Below, one piece after another: positions 26,157 through 37,380 of a stretch of DNA of 64,000 bases. The stretch comes from the human T2T-CHM13v2.0 reference genome, Homo sapiens. Made by a program: the position numbers and the translations under genes. The first letter of the stretch is position 1, and each line of letters starts with the position of its first letter. The stretch lies in the NCBI RefSeq assembly GCF_009914755.1, contig NC_060925.1; one strand, 5' to 3'. A model generated the notes under the pieces. That model had not been told where the DNA came from. It did no database searches and saw nothing but the letters and a program-made list of their open reading frames with translations.

Positions 26157-26661
26157 TATGGAGACAGAAGTGACTTTATCTTGGATGTGAATCTGCCATG
26201 TTGATTTCTGATTAGCCCCAGGACTGTGAATGTCTCCTGATTCCTTTTTTTTTTTTTTTTACTATCCCTGGGGCAAGAGCATGTCTATCTTGATGTCATT
26301 GCACAAATCATAGGCTATGCTGCACGTAGTGCTCTGGCCTATTCTGGAGGGCTGCCTTTGACTGTCTTGCTAGAACACTTAGCCTTTCCCTATGGTTTAC
26401 AAGCTTTGGGTCTTGGGGGTAAAAGTGTGGAGGTCTGCTGTCTAGTCATAGATAAGCTTTGGGTGTTGGGGGTAACAGTGTGGCGGTCTGCCTGTCTGGT
26501 GGCTGTTCAAGACCATGCTTCTGTCTGTAAATTTGCTAATAAAACACTCTTTACTGACAAACCGGATTTGTCTGACAAGGATTTGACTGTCTCCTTCTGT
26601 GGTTTCTCAGCTCCTTCAGCATTTGGGGGCCACTTTTTATATAAAACCCGTTCACGGAACA
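26157..26661 (+). mobile_element. LTR47-like ERVL solo LTR with internal duplication
   Basis: gagacagaagtgactttatcttgg...aataaa...tctcagctccttcagcatttggggg...ttcacggaaca. 5-bp TSD ctgag/atgag. Confidence 0.75.
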
Positions 26662-26853
26662 ATGAGTATATAGAAGAGGGCACGGGGTGGGGTGGGGGTG
26701 GGAGTGGGGATGGTGGGGAGACTCCCAGAGAGAAGAGGGCAAGGAAATAGTGAGGACCTGTGGACACTGCAAATGCTGTGGTGCTGTGAACACAATCCTG
26801 CCATCACCGTGGCTGTGTCGTTGTGGCTGGAGTGTTTTGTGTCATATTGAATC

Positions 26854-27122
26854 TTTTTTTTTTTTTTTTTTTGAGACAGAGTCTCACTCATTATCTCAGC
26901 TCACTGCAACCTCCACCTCCCAGGTTCAAGCGATTCTCCTGCTTAGCCATCTGAGTACCTGGGACTACAAGCGCACCACCATGCCTAGCTAATTTTTTTT
27001 TAAGTAGAGATGGGGTTTTGCCATGTTGGCCAGCCTGGTCTTGAACTCCTGACTTCAGGTGATCCACCTGCTTTGGCCTCCCAAAGTGCTGGGATTACAG
27101 GTGTGAGCCACCGTGCCCAGTC
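26854..27122 (-). mobile_element. AluS with internal deletion
   Basis: Poly(T) followed by antisense Alu lacking the cccaggctggagtgcagtgg segment. TSD catattgaatcttt / catgttgaatcttt. Confidence 0.95.
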
Positions 27123-28949
27123 CATGTTGAATCTTTGAATACCTTCCAGTGTGTTGCCAAAAATTCCAGGGTGCTGTGAACCCCAAAATATTGAGAACCA
27201 CTATGACTTTGGCAGGGTTGGCAGCCACTTCAGCTCCTGCACTCCAGGCTGCAGCACCCAGGGCTGGAGGCAGCAGGGGGTCAGCAAGGGTTAGGCGGCC
27301 TTGTGTGTGCCCTGAGCTGTGCACCCTCCCCGGCCCCCGCCCAGCCTCCCCCTTCTCTGCCTCTCAGGTCAGGGCTCTGGGTGGCGCAAGGTTAATGGAA
27401 ACCTGGAGGAGGTGAGCGGGAAGGGAAATTGCTGTTAAGTGTTTCTCTTTCTTTTCCTTTCTGCTGCCTCAGTCATCTCATTCTCATCCATGGATCAGGC
27501 CAGGGCTTGAGACTCATAATTTCAAAGTCCTTTTAACTTTTCTAAGGCAGAATTGTATTGCTTTTGGCCAAAGGCCACTCTGGGATTTACAGAGCAAAGA
27601 GCAGTCACAACTCTCTCTTTAGTTTAAGACACAGGGCTCAAAACAGGACACGCGGGGCTGATTTGGTGGCTCCACCTGGGATGACCCCCCTGAGCCTCAC
27701 AGAGCCAGGACCCACGTGGCAGACACGGCCGCATGGGCTGCTGGACTGATTTCTCTTCTAGGTTTGCTCTTGGTGCAGTCTCGGCCGTGATCACTGCCAA
27801 GGAGCCCCGAGGTGGCTGCAGGGCCTTGGCAGAGCGTGAGGTGCCCCAGGGCAGTGCCGCAGGGTGGGGGGGCTCAGAGCCCACCACCCGCCTTGCAGGC
27901 CAAGAGCCAAATCTCTCCCTGCCTCAGTTTCCTCACTGACAACATGGGGAGAGAGTAACATACCCTGTGTGACTGCTTCGAGGGTGAAATGAGGTGACGC
28001 AGGTGAAGTGTATGCCTGGCACAGTCAGCTTTCAATAAACATGATTGTTATTCAGGTTCCTTGAACTCAGGGGTTCCAGAACTTTCCATCAGACTCCAAT
28101 CTCCTAGGAGTGGAAGGTTATAAAGTAAATATTGGGAGTTAATTTTCTGTCTCCCACTGAATCACAAACAGGAGGACTTGGGGCCCAAAGGTGAGGTCCA
28201 GGCAACTGTAATGAAAGAAAAATGGAGTCACCTGCCTGAGCCTGAGTGACCGGGGCTCCCCCAGGTCAGCTGGTCCTGTGGCTGGATCGGAGCCTGGTGA
28301 GAATGGAGTGAGGGGCTGTGGATGGGGCGGTGAATCCCTGTTGGGGTCAGAGAGTTACAAACAGTGGGAGGGCTTCTGGCTCTCTTCCTGCCACTGCAGA
28401 ACCTCAAAGCTCAAGGCTTGAGGCTGGGGGCTCTAAGGCCAGTGCCTCAGCCTTCCTGGGCAGCTGGTGTAAGAAATTCAGCAGGCTCCCCCCAACCAGG
28501 ACCCCTCCAGAGTCTGTGCTCATTGTGGCCTCAGGGTCCCTGGGGTGGGGGAGGGACAGGCAGTGACAGGCCAGGAGCCCAGCGCAGAGCCTGACACATC
28601 CATTCTGCTGGGAGCCTCGCTGGACCTCCCCATAGACTGGTGGTGGCAGTGGCTCAGGGCTGCAGTGTGGCCATTGCAGGGGCAGTGGAGGTGGAGGTCA
28701 GCCCTGGCCTGGCACAGACAGGCAAGGTTTGGGAGAGGAGGGAATTAACAGTGGTGCCCAGATATTGAGCAGGTCAGACTCACCCAGGGGAGTGGCCCCC
28801 TCCAGAGGTTCTGGTTTCTGGGAATGGAGAGGTCCTGGGAGTCGGCCTGCTAACAAGCCCCTCCTCCATCTGGGGCATGTGGTGCTTACAGCCTTACAAA
28901 ACTGGTGGCTTCCCTTTCTTGTCCCTTGGAATGCTCCCTCTGGGGGAGC

Positions 28950-29295
28950 CCAGCCCAGGGTCAGACATCCAAGTGGGTGGATGTGGCCCAGGAGCCACCG
29001 GGTGAGTGGGGAAGGCATCTTGGACATTATGGCCTGGCAGAGTGATGGGGAGAAGAGCCAAGGAGCCAGCCAACATCCAGAACTGAGGCCCAGACATACG
29101 GCCCCAGCCCAGACACTGCAGCCACCCACAGCCCTGCAAGCCACCTGGCTGAGACCGATCACCGCACAGCAGACACAGCTGTGCTCCAGGTGCCAAATTC
29201 CTGACCCAGAAAATTGTAAGCAAAATATAATGGTGGCTGTTCTAAGCTGCCAAGTTTTGGAGAGGTTTGCGTCACAGTGAAAGAAAACCAGTATG
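28950..29295 (+). mobile_element. MLT1 (G/H-like) LTR fragment
   Basis: aaattcctgacccagaaaattgtaagcaaaatataatggtggctgttctaagctgccaagttttggagaggtttg is an MLT1 3' end. Confidence 0.65.
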
Positions 29296-29339
29296 CCCCA
29301 TCTGAGCCTCAGTTTCCATGTATAAAATCCAGATGGAAA

Positions 29340-29560
29340 CGCAGTGTGGTGAGGCTGAGGCAGACTCTAGAGTGTCCAGGGGGTGCTGCCGGGTTCTGGC
29401 TCGGCTCTGCCACTCTGCGGCCCTGTGGTCCTTGTCAAGAGGCATGAGTCATTTGTGAAATGGGAGTTAATGATGGTGCCCGCCTCACAGGCTCCGTGAG
29501 GGTCAAGCAAGGCAAGCCATTTGAAGCACTCAGAACATTGCTGGCGCACAGCTAGGACTA
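29340..29560 (+). mobile_element. MIR SINE
   Basis: cagactctagag...ggctctgccactctgcgg...gtgaaatgggagttaatgatggtgcccgcctcacagg. Confidence 0.65.
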
Positions 29561-30719
29561 ATGGACACCAGCGAGGACTTTTACCTCATTAGCACCCACA
29601 GGACTGGTGTGAAGGTTAGATGAGAGCCGTGGAAGGCTCATGCTGGTACCGAGGAAGCAGTGGATGCTATCATTAAGAGCAGGCTCATTTTAAAGCCCCC
29701 TACTGTGTGCCTGGCACTGTTTCAGGAGCTTGGGTCACATCAGGGACAAAAGAGACCAAGATCCATGTGTGATGGGCACAGGGGGCCGGAGGAATGGGAG
29801 TGTGTGGGATTGCAAGCTGATGAAGTCCCTTACCCAGTTATGTGACTTCACAGATGCTGAGAAAAACAGGCCAGAGGTTAGTTGCCAAGGTGAATTGCCC
29901 TGAGGTCTGGGAGAACTAGGTCCTCAGTAGATGCTCTCTGAGCTCTGGGTGAGACAGACCTGGTTCCCAGCCATCTCTTAGCTCTGGCACCATCAAGACC
30001 CTCCAGGAGGGAGTACGGGTGGGGCCAAGCGCCCACCAGCCCACCCCAGACAGTGTCTTCGAAGATAAACCGTTTTCCCAGTGGCCCAAATGAAAACCGT
30101 ATTGCCTGGAAAGTGCAGTTCAAACAGAATTACCGGAATCCTTTGTCACCAGAGTGGGCGTCACATGGCCAGCATCTGCGAAGGTGTCAATAATCATAAT
30201 TAATGAGACCTTCCCCAGACTCCTGACGCGATGATATGTCAGCTGCGCCTTCGAGTCTGCAAGGATGAGAGGAGGGGGAGGGATTGTCCCACACCCCCTC
30301 GTCTGGCACCTTCCCCCTCCCCACCCCCAGTGGGGGCTCAGGGTGCTCCGTCCCTCTCAACAGCCCAGGTGGGGCAGCTCCATTAGTGGAGGTGGTGCTC
30401 ACCCTGCACACTCCACGGTGAAGCTTCTGAGACTTGGAAGCAGGAGGTGAGTGGGAACACGTGTGCATTCAGGATCATCATCATCATGTGGAATAATAAG
30501 GATAATAAAATAGTAATGACAATAGCAGCTCTCACATACTGAGCACCTACTGTATGCCAGGCCCTGAGTTAAGATGTTATGCCCATGAGCTCATTTGACC
30601 CCATTATCCATGGTGACCACAGAATTCATCCTCCGACTGGGATGCTTGGGAGACTGGAAGATGGCACTGGGAGTAATGACACCCACCCCGGCCCCTGGAC
30701 AGCCTGGCTCCCCTACTTC

Positions 30720-31040
30720 AGGTCTCAGCTCAGACGTCCTCATCTGCGCGCTCCTCCTGACTGCGTCTCACGTGTCACTGTCCCACTCCCTCCCATCATG
30801 CGCTGCCCCTTCACCTGTCCTGTGTCCCTGACCTCATCGCCACCCACATGCCCCACAGCTGGTCAGTCCTTTATGTGTCTGTCATCTCTCCCCATTACCA
30901 TGTGGGCTCCCCGAGGGGAGGGATGGGGCCTCTTCTGTCCACTGTGGTGTCCCAGGGCCTCAGCCAGTGCCTGGGCCACGGTAGCTACTCAGCCAATGAT
31001 GGGTGGGTGGAGGGATAGACAGGTGGGTGGGTGAATGAAT
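30720..31040 (+). mobile_element. L2 3' fragment
   Basis: caggtctcagctcagacgtcc...gtgtcccagggcctcagccagtgcctgg...gaatgaat terminus. Confidence 0.65.
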
Positions 31041-31814
31041 TAATAAAAAGTCCCAGAATAGAGAGAACTGAGATGTGAGTTCATTTCTCCTTTCTAAAGG
31101 CTTCGCTGGGATGACAGATGTCCTGGGGAATCTTCTGTCATCCTCAGCCACTTTGAAGGATGGGGAGCAGGGAATCTGGGTCTGGGCCTGAGCCGCAGTC
31201 TGAGAGGCAGACTGGCGTTGAGGTGGAGCTCCTGCAAGGGTTGCAGGGAGGGTGGAAAACACTCACGGACTGTGGAAGCCGAAGCTGTGTCCAACCACCT
31301 GACAGAGCTCAGTCTAGCTCCACCACCAACAGCTGTGTGGCCTTGAGCCCTCTCCTCCCGGGGCCTCTTCTTCATGTGGGAGACAGCAGCCTGCTCCAGG
31401 GCTGCTTTCAAGAAGAAGAGAGGTGAGGGATGTGGCGGTGCTTTGAATCAGAGCACGGGGATGCAGGAGGGGAAGGGTGTCCTTTTGACTCTCCCCAGAG
31501 TGCACAGGCCTCCTGAGAGGGTCCCTGAGACGGTCCCCACCCCTGCTTACCCTTACAGGGCTCAGTCAACCAGGTAGGTCCTGCAGAGGTCTTGGGCTGC
31601 AACTTGGGCTGTTAACTCCTTCTGAGCCAGGCAGCCAGTCACTTAGCAGGGGCAGATATGTGTGCATGGGGATGGGGAGGCAGTGCCAGCAGGAGCTGGG
31701 AATCGGGGCTTGCCCTGCTGCTGGGGCTGGGGCCAGGGTCAGTGCTTTTTGGAAGACTCACTCTTTCTAAGGACTTCTTTATCTATTTGCCTCATCTTCT
31801 GCCCTACTTACGCC

Positions 31815-32200
31815 ACCAGCACTTACTGAGCACCTCCTCTGTTCCAGGCACTGTGCTGGGTGCTGTGTTCCCACGGGCAGTGAAACAGACATGACCACCA
31901 CACTCCTGGAGGTCGGAGTCCAGCAGGGGATAGACATTAATAAAATAATCACTCCAGTAGACATTCACCCATCTGGGCAAGTGCTATGAGACAGAATTAG
32001 AGGGGCTGGGATGGGAGTGGATTACCAAAGGAGGGAGGGAGTGATCAGGAAAGATTTCCCTGGGAAAGTTTTCCCTGGGAAAGTGACATCTGACCTGGGC
32101 TCTGACAGACAAAGGCGTTAGTGAGACAGAAAGGAGGGAGGAGGGCACTCTGGGGAGACGGAACTGTAGGTGCAAAGGCCCTGGGTGGGACAGAGTGTGC
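31815..32200 (-). mobile_element. L2 fragment
   Basis: cacttactgagcacctcctctgttccaggcactgtgctggg...gtgcaaaggccctggg. Confidence 0.75.
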
Positions 32201-32389
32201 CTGAGGGACCAAACACACTTGTTAGACGCTCCTGCTAGTGATTGTTGTTGTTACTGTTAATCTGGGCCCAGGGGAAGATTGGCTCTGCCCCTGGAGAGGG
32301 GAGGGGCTCTTAAAACACCACTTGCTTCCAAGTTTACTCCCCCTTCCGGCGGTTAGCATTAAATACAAGTGTATTGTTGTCATACTTGC

Positions 32390-32482
32390 TCTCCTCCCCG
32401 GCTTCCTCCTCCTCCTATTCATCTCCTCCTCCTCCTCCTCCCCCCCTCCTTCTCCTCCTCCTCCTCCTCCTTCTTCTCTTCT
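32390..32482 (+). repeat. (CCT)n-rich polypyrimidine tract
   Basis: ctcctcctcc...tctcctcctcctcctcctccttcttctcttctc. Confidence 0.9.
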
Positions 32483-34226
32483 CAGTTACACCTGTAGTCA
32501 GGGACAGTTGAGGTCAACTTTAGCTGTGGTTGGACTGATCAATGAATGGCCTTGGCAGGGAGGGGCAATGCCTTGGTTGTGGTACAGGGGTGGGAAGTTT
32601 CCCCCAGGTCCCTCCAAGACCCCTGTGGGCCCAGACCCTGTGATCATCAGATGCCCCCACCCTCACACCTGCAGGAGCCCCATCCCATATGTGGCCTGGA
32701 CAATGCCAAACCCTGGGTAGTCTCATCTTATGTTCTGGATGTGGATGAGCCCCCTGTCCTGATGGGGCACATGACCTTGAACAAGACTCTTCCTCGGAAC
32801 AAGGCTCTTCCTCCGAACGCCCACAGGAGGGAGGCTGCAAAGGGTGAGGGGGTCTGGGATTAGGTGACCCCAATGATGGCTGAGTGGCGTCTTCTGGGAG
32901 GCCTGGAGCCTCTGTCCTGCTGATGGGTGCCTGGGTGAGGATGGAAGTGTTAATGCTGGGATGTTCTGCCCAGGCTCCTGGAGCCTGTGTGTGCCCCTCC
33001 TTGCCGTGATTAATTCAGTTTGGTAACGTGGTATTTTTGCTGGAAATCTAATCGTCATTTCTGATGGTAGAGGAATTGAAAAATAAATTGAAAGTGTCAG
33101 ACGATGCATCAGGGTGGGCGATGGAGTGGAAGCGGGGGCTGCCCACCCAGTCTCCCCACTGGGCAATTTGCAGGCCCAAGAAATTAGCCAAGTTTCTGTT
33201 TCTACAATTATAGGATCAAGAACACAGGTGATAGGGTGAAGCAGGGGGAAGCAGGTGTGAGGTGAAGAGAGCAGAGAGATCCCAGCCTGGAGGCAGCATC
33301 AGAGCCACAGATGAGGAGATGGTCTCAGAGTGGACAGGGACCCGTCCATGATACCACAGGAGGCTGTGGGCACCGCGAGGCTGGGATCCGGGCTCCCTCC
33401 TTCCACCACCAGTCCAGGGAGCACACTGACAGGGTCTGGGCCTCCGTGGAGATGGATGCTCTTGGCAGTTCAGCCCCAGGGTCCACCATCTGGGAGCCCC
33501 ACCTCCCCAAGCTGCCCCTCTGCCTCAGGGAGGGGGCTGGCCACCTGGGAGTTGGGGCCACCTTGCGTGCCTGTTTCTGAATAATGTAAGTGCAGGTCTC
33601 TGAGTCTACAGGGACTGGAGTCTACAGGGACTGGGGTCTCCCTGGCAGTGTCTGGCCTCCCGCAAGGGCTCCTGCCCCTGGTGAGGTCTAGGTCTCCCCA
33701 GCAGACTGGACTCTCTACTGGCAAGGCTGCCTCCCCCCGCTAGTCAGAGCGGCCTCCTTGGGCAGGTGTCTGACTTCACCCCCTAGAGGCTCCTGAGAGC
33801 AGGCGCGTGTCTTCTCCAGACTGAGGGCTCCTGAAGTCAGGACTGTCCCCCCGACCTGAGGCCTCCTTGAAGGTGGTGGACTAGCTTCCCACTGGACCTC
33901 AGCTCTTCAGACCTCCTCGAGGGCCTGGGCAGCTGGTGTCTGTTGAGGTTCTGGTGGTCAGGCTGGCTCTGTCCAGACCTGGCACATGGAAGGGAGAGGG
34001 GAAGGTGTAAGCAGAGAGCTGGAAAGAAGGGGAGGTGCATGCTAACTTCACACCCCTTGGATATGGGGGACAGTCCTTGTCAGGAGGACTAGGGGACCAG
34101 GGATCCTGGGGACAGGCCCTACTGTGTCCTGCAGCCACTGACCGTCCTGAAAACCCCTCCTTCCCAATGACTGTGGAACTGGGAGAGCCCAGCACTGGAG
34201 GGAGGAGGTCTGGGGTCCTGCCCACC

Positions 34227-35210
34227 TCATTCATTCATTCATTCATTCAACAAGTGTCTCTCAGCTCCCTACTTTGTGCTTGGCACCATGCAAGGCACTG
34301 GAGATGCAGCAGGGCACAAAATGGACGAGGTCCTGCCCCTACGGAGCTTGCATGCTTGTAGGGCGGAGACTGATAATAAACACACCAATGAATGAATGAA
34401 CAAGATCATTTCAGAATGTGTTGAGTGCCATGAAGGAAATAAAGCAGGATGTTGTGGAAAAGAGTGGCTGGAGCAGAGGTCCTTTTGGGAAGGCTTCTAG
34501 GAGGAGGTGACTTTAGGCTTAGGTCTGTGCATGAGCAGGTGCCGCCTTGCCTGGAGCTGAGGGAAGGGTATCCTGAGATCAGGGCCAGAATACGAAGACA
34601 TAGCAGTGGCACCATCTAGCAGTGTTGTGAAGGTCAGGGTGGCCAAGCGGCAGTGCATGAGGGCTGTGGGAGGAGATGGGGCTGTAAGGGCCAGCTGGAG
34701 ATGGTCGATGGCTCAGGCACAATGCCATGGCCATCACGAGGACTCTGAAGTTTGTTCTGGGAGCAGCTGAAGTCCCTGGAGGGTTTTAAGCAGGAGAGAG
34801 TGACACAGTTGTGAATTTTCAAAACATCACGCTCACATTGTGGATAATGGAGTGTGGAGGGGCAAGAAGGAACAGGGGACCTGGCTGGAGCTGCTGCAGG
34901 TGTCCAGGTGAGAGCTGGGGCAGCCTGGACCAGGGCAGGAACAGCCTGAACCAAAGGTAGAAGAAGCCCATGGAACTCAGATACATCATGGAGGCTGAAT
35001 CAACAGGACTGAATAATGGATTTGATGTGGGTGGTGGGAAAAGGGGAGAGTCGAGGATGACTCTGAGGTTCCCAGTTTGACTAACTGGGTGAGTGAAGGT
35101 GCCATCTGCAGGGACAGAGAAGGCTTGAGGCAGGTAGGTTTGAGGGAGAAGAAGTTCTCTTTTGAATTTGCTAAGTTTGAGCTGCCTCCTGAATGGACAA
35201 CTGAGGATAC
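34227..35210 (-). mobile_element. Long L2 fragment
   Basis: Begins with the (TCAT)n L2 tail, then ctggagggttttaagcaggagagagtgaca, and gagagtcgaggatgactctgaggtt...gagctgcct. Confidence 0.85.
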
Positions 35211-35214
35211 ACCC

Positions 35215-35583
35215 CATGCTGTTGATGCACCAAATTTTCCTCTTCTCCCAGCCACATGGTGGGATTGCACTTTTCTGCCAACTTGAACTTGAATAAGGTC
35301 ATGTGACTTGCTTAATGAAATGTGAGTGGAAGCAGCATGTACAGATGGGAGCTTAAGAGGCATGATTCCCCTTGCTCCTGTTTTCATCTAGGCCTGAATG
35401 ACTGGCAGGCCCTGTTCTGACCTATCAGCCTGTCCTGGGGAGAGGATAAGGGGGGTCGGAGGCCCCAGCCAACCAATAAGCACAGGTAGCACGAATGAGG
35501 AAGAAGCCTTTGTGGATTTAAGCCACTGAGATGTGGGGGATGTTTGTTACCACAGCACAATCTAGTCCAAGCTGACTGATACA
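35215..35583 (+). mobile_element. MLT1J/I-like MaLR LTR
   Basis: ggtcatgtgacttgc...taagccactgagatgtgggggatgtttgttaccacagcacaatctagtccaagctgactgataca. Confidence 0.8.
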
Positions 35584-35924
35584 AACCTCACACTTCTACA
35601 TAATTGTGGGAGTTATTAGTGATTGATCAAAACCATTTCTTTTTTTTCCAGATTAGGAGAGCCTGAGAGTGAGAGTAGGGAGAGAAACGCTCATTGCTTT
35701 CACCACCTCATATTACACATCTATGCAATGGGCTCACTTTCTTCTTCCCAAGTCTAGGCTCCATCCCAATCTCCGGTCCAAAGCTCAAACTCCCCAGGCT
35801 GATTCTGCCACTCTCATTCAACTGTGTCACCTCCCTCCCCTGTCAGTTTGTCCTCTCAGATCTCTGGAGAAGTATCCCTCCTCCCCACCCTTACTGCTGG
35901 AGTCCCAGACCTGTCAGTCCTGTG

Positions 35925-36110
35925 TGGAGCAGGCAGTGCTTGGTTCAAACCTGAAGTCTGCCACTTAATAGAGGTATGACTCTCAGTGAGTAACTTCATC
36001 TCTCTGAACTTCAGTTTCCTGATAAAAAAGAGACTATTAATAGGACAGTTTTGAAGATTAAATAAGATGAAGCACATGAGCCCATGTTCAATGTAAGGTC
36101 ACTGGTATTA
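35925..36110 (+). mobile_element. MIR SINE
   Basis: ggttcaaacctgaagtctgccactta...ctctctgaacttcagtttcctg...gaagattaaataag. Confidence 0.75.
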
Positions 36111-37139
36111 CATGATGATTATGGTCATGTCTCATCACTGCCTCCCTGGATCAATGTCCCAGCCTCCTCACCAGTTGCCTTGTCTCCAGCCTCATCATCT
36201 CCAGTTATGCCCCCATGCTGCTTCCAGATACAGCTCTTTAAAGCAAGCTCTGATCCTGTCACTATCCTGCTCAAGAACCATCCATGGCTCCCTCTTGCCC
36301 ATAGAATAAATTCCAACCTCCTCACCCTGGAATTAGGGGCCTCCCTTCTCAGCCCTGTCTTCCACACAGCAGCAAACTGATCAGTGTGTTCTGCCTTAAA
36401 CAAGTCTTTTAATCCTCTTATCAGAGTGGTTTAAAGAGTCCTGGCTTGAGAGACAGGTGGCCTGAGTACTAGTCCCTGCTTTGCCACTGATTTATAGTAT
36501 AACCTTGGGGACGTTTCTTGCCCTCAGAGCCTCAGTTTCCCAATCTGAAAAATGGAGAGGAGACCGAGGGCTAAATTCATTAATCTAAATGCTTCATTCT
36601 GAGGCAAACATCCTGGGTTTCTTGGAGCCAAGCTGCTACCTCATTCCCAGCATGGCCTGGCCTGTCCCACCTCCTTCCCCTCCCATTCTCCCTCTCTTGC
36701 TACCCCTCTCCTGACTGGGTACTGCGACGGGCCCAGGGCAAGAAGCTGCACAGCTGCTGGGCTGGCGGGCTCAGCGATGCTGCAGACACAGGCAGCAGGG
36801 ACCCAACAGCCTGTGAGCAAAACCCTTAGGGAGGTGGGATGTGATCAGTGCCAGGGCTGGACTGCACGTTAGACTGAAAGCTGCTCCATATTTCCATGAT
36901 TCTGAGTGGGGTTTTGAGAGGAGATGGGCAGAGTCTGAGCACTGGGGCTGGATGGGGGCTGTGAAAGGAGGTTACTTAGTGGGCAGCACCAAGGCCAAGC
37001 GGGAGTGATGGGGACAGTGACATTCACCGAGCTTTCCTGAATGAAACACTCAACAACGTATCTTTCTTATTTTTCAAATTGCCATGTGTCAGTTATTATT
37101 ATACTCAAAATTTGTAACTACTCATCATCATAATAAAGC

Positions 37140-37380
37140 AGCTCTCATTCATTGAATGTAACCTAGCACCAGGTCCTGCGGTAACTTCTCTAAGTCTCCT
37201 AACTTATCTAATCTTTGTGACGTCTGTACGAGACACCTAGTATTTTACTATGATTCTCTCGCTTTCGGGATGAGAAAATTGCGTGGTTAAATAATTCACT
37301 CGAGGTGATGCAGCCGGAAGGTGCTGAAGACAGGATCTGAGCCCAGGCCATTGGGATTCAGTGCCCTGTGCTTAACCACT
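37140..37380 (-). mobile_element. MIR SINE
   Basis: gatgagaaaattgcgtggttaaataattcactcgaggtg...ggatctgagcccagg...cttaaccact. Confidence 0.6.

Noticed and set aside
28729-29280. 183-aa ORF
   Set aside because: The 3' half is an MLT1 LTR and there is no protein motif.
33602-33633. Short direct repeats (16-mer x2 here; also ~44209-44230 and ~62076-62104) as CRISPR-like arrays
   Set aside because: Only two adjacent copies with no unique spacers, in eukaryotic DNA. These are simple slippage duplications.
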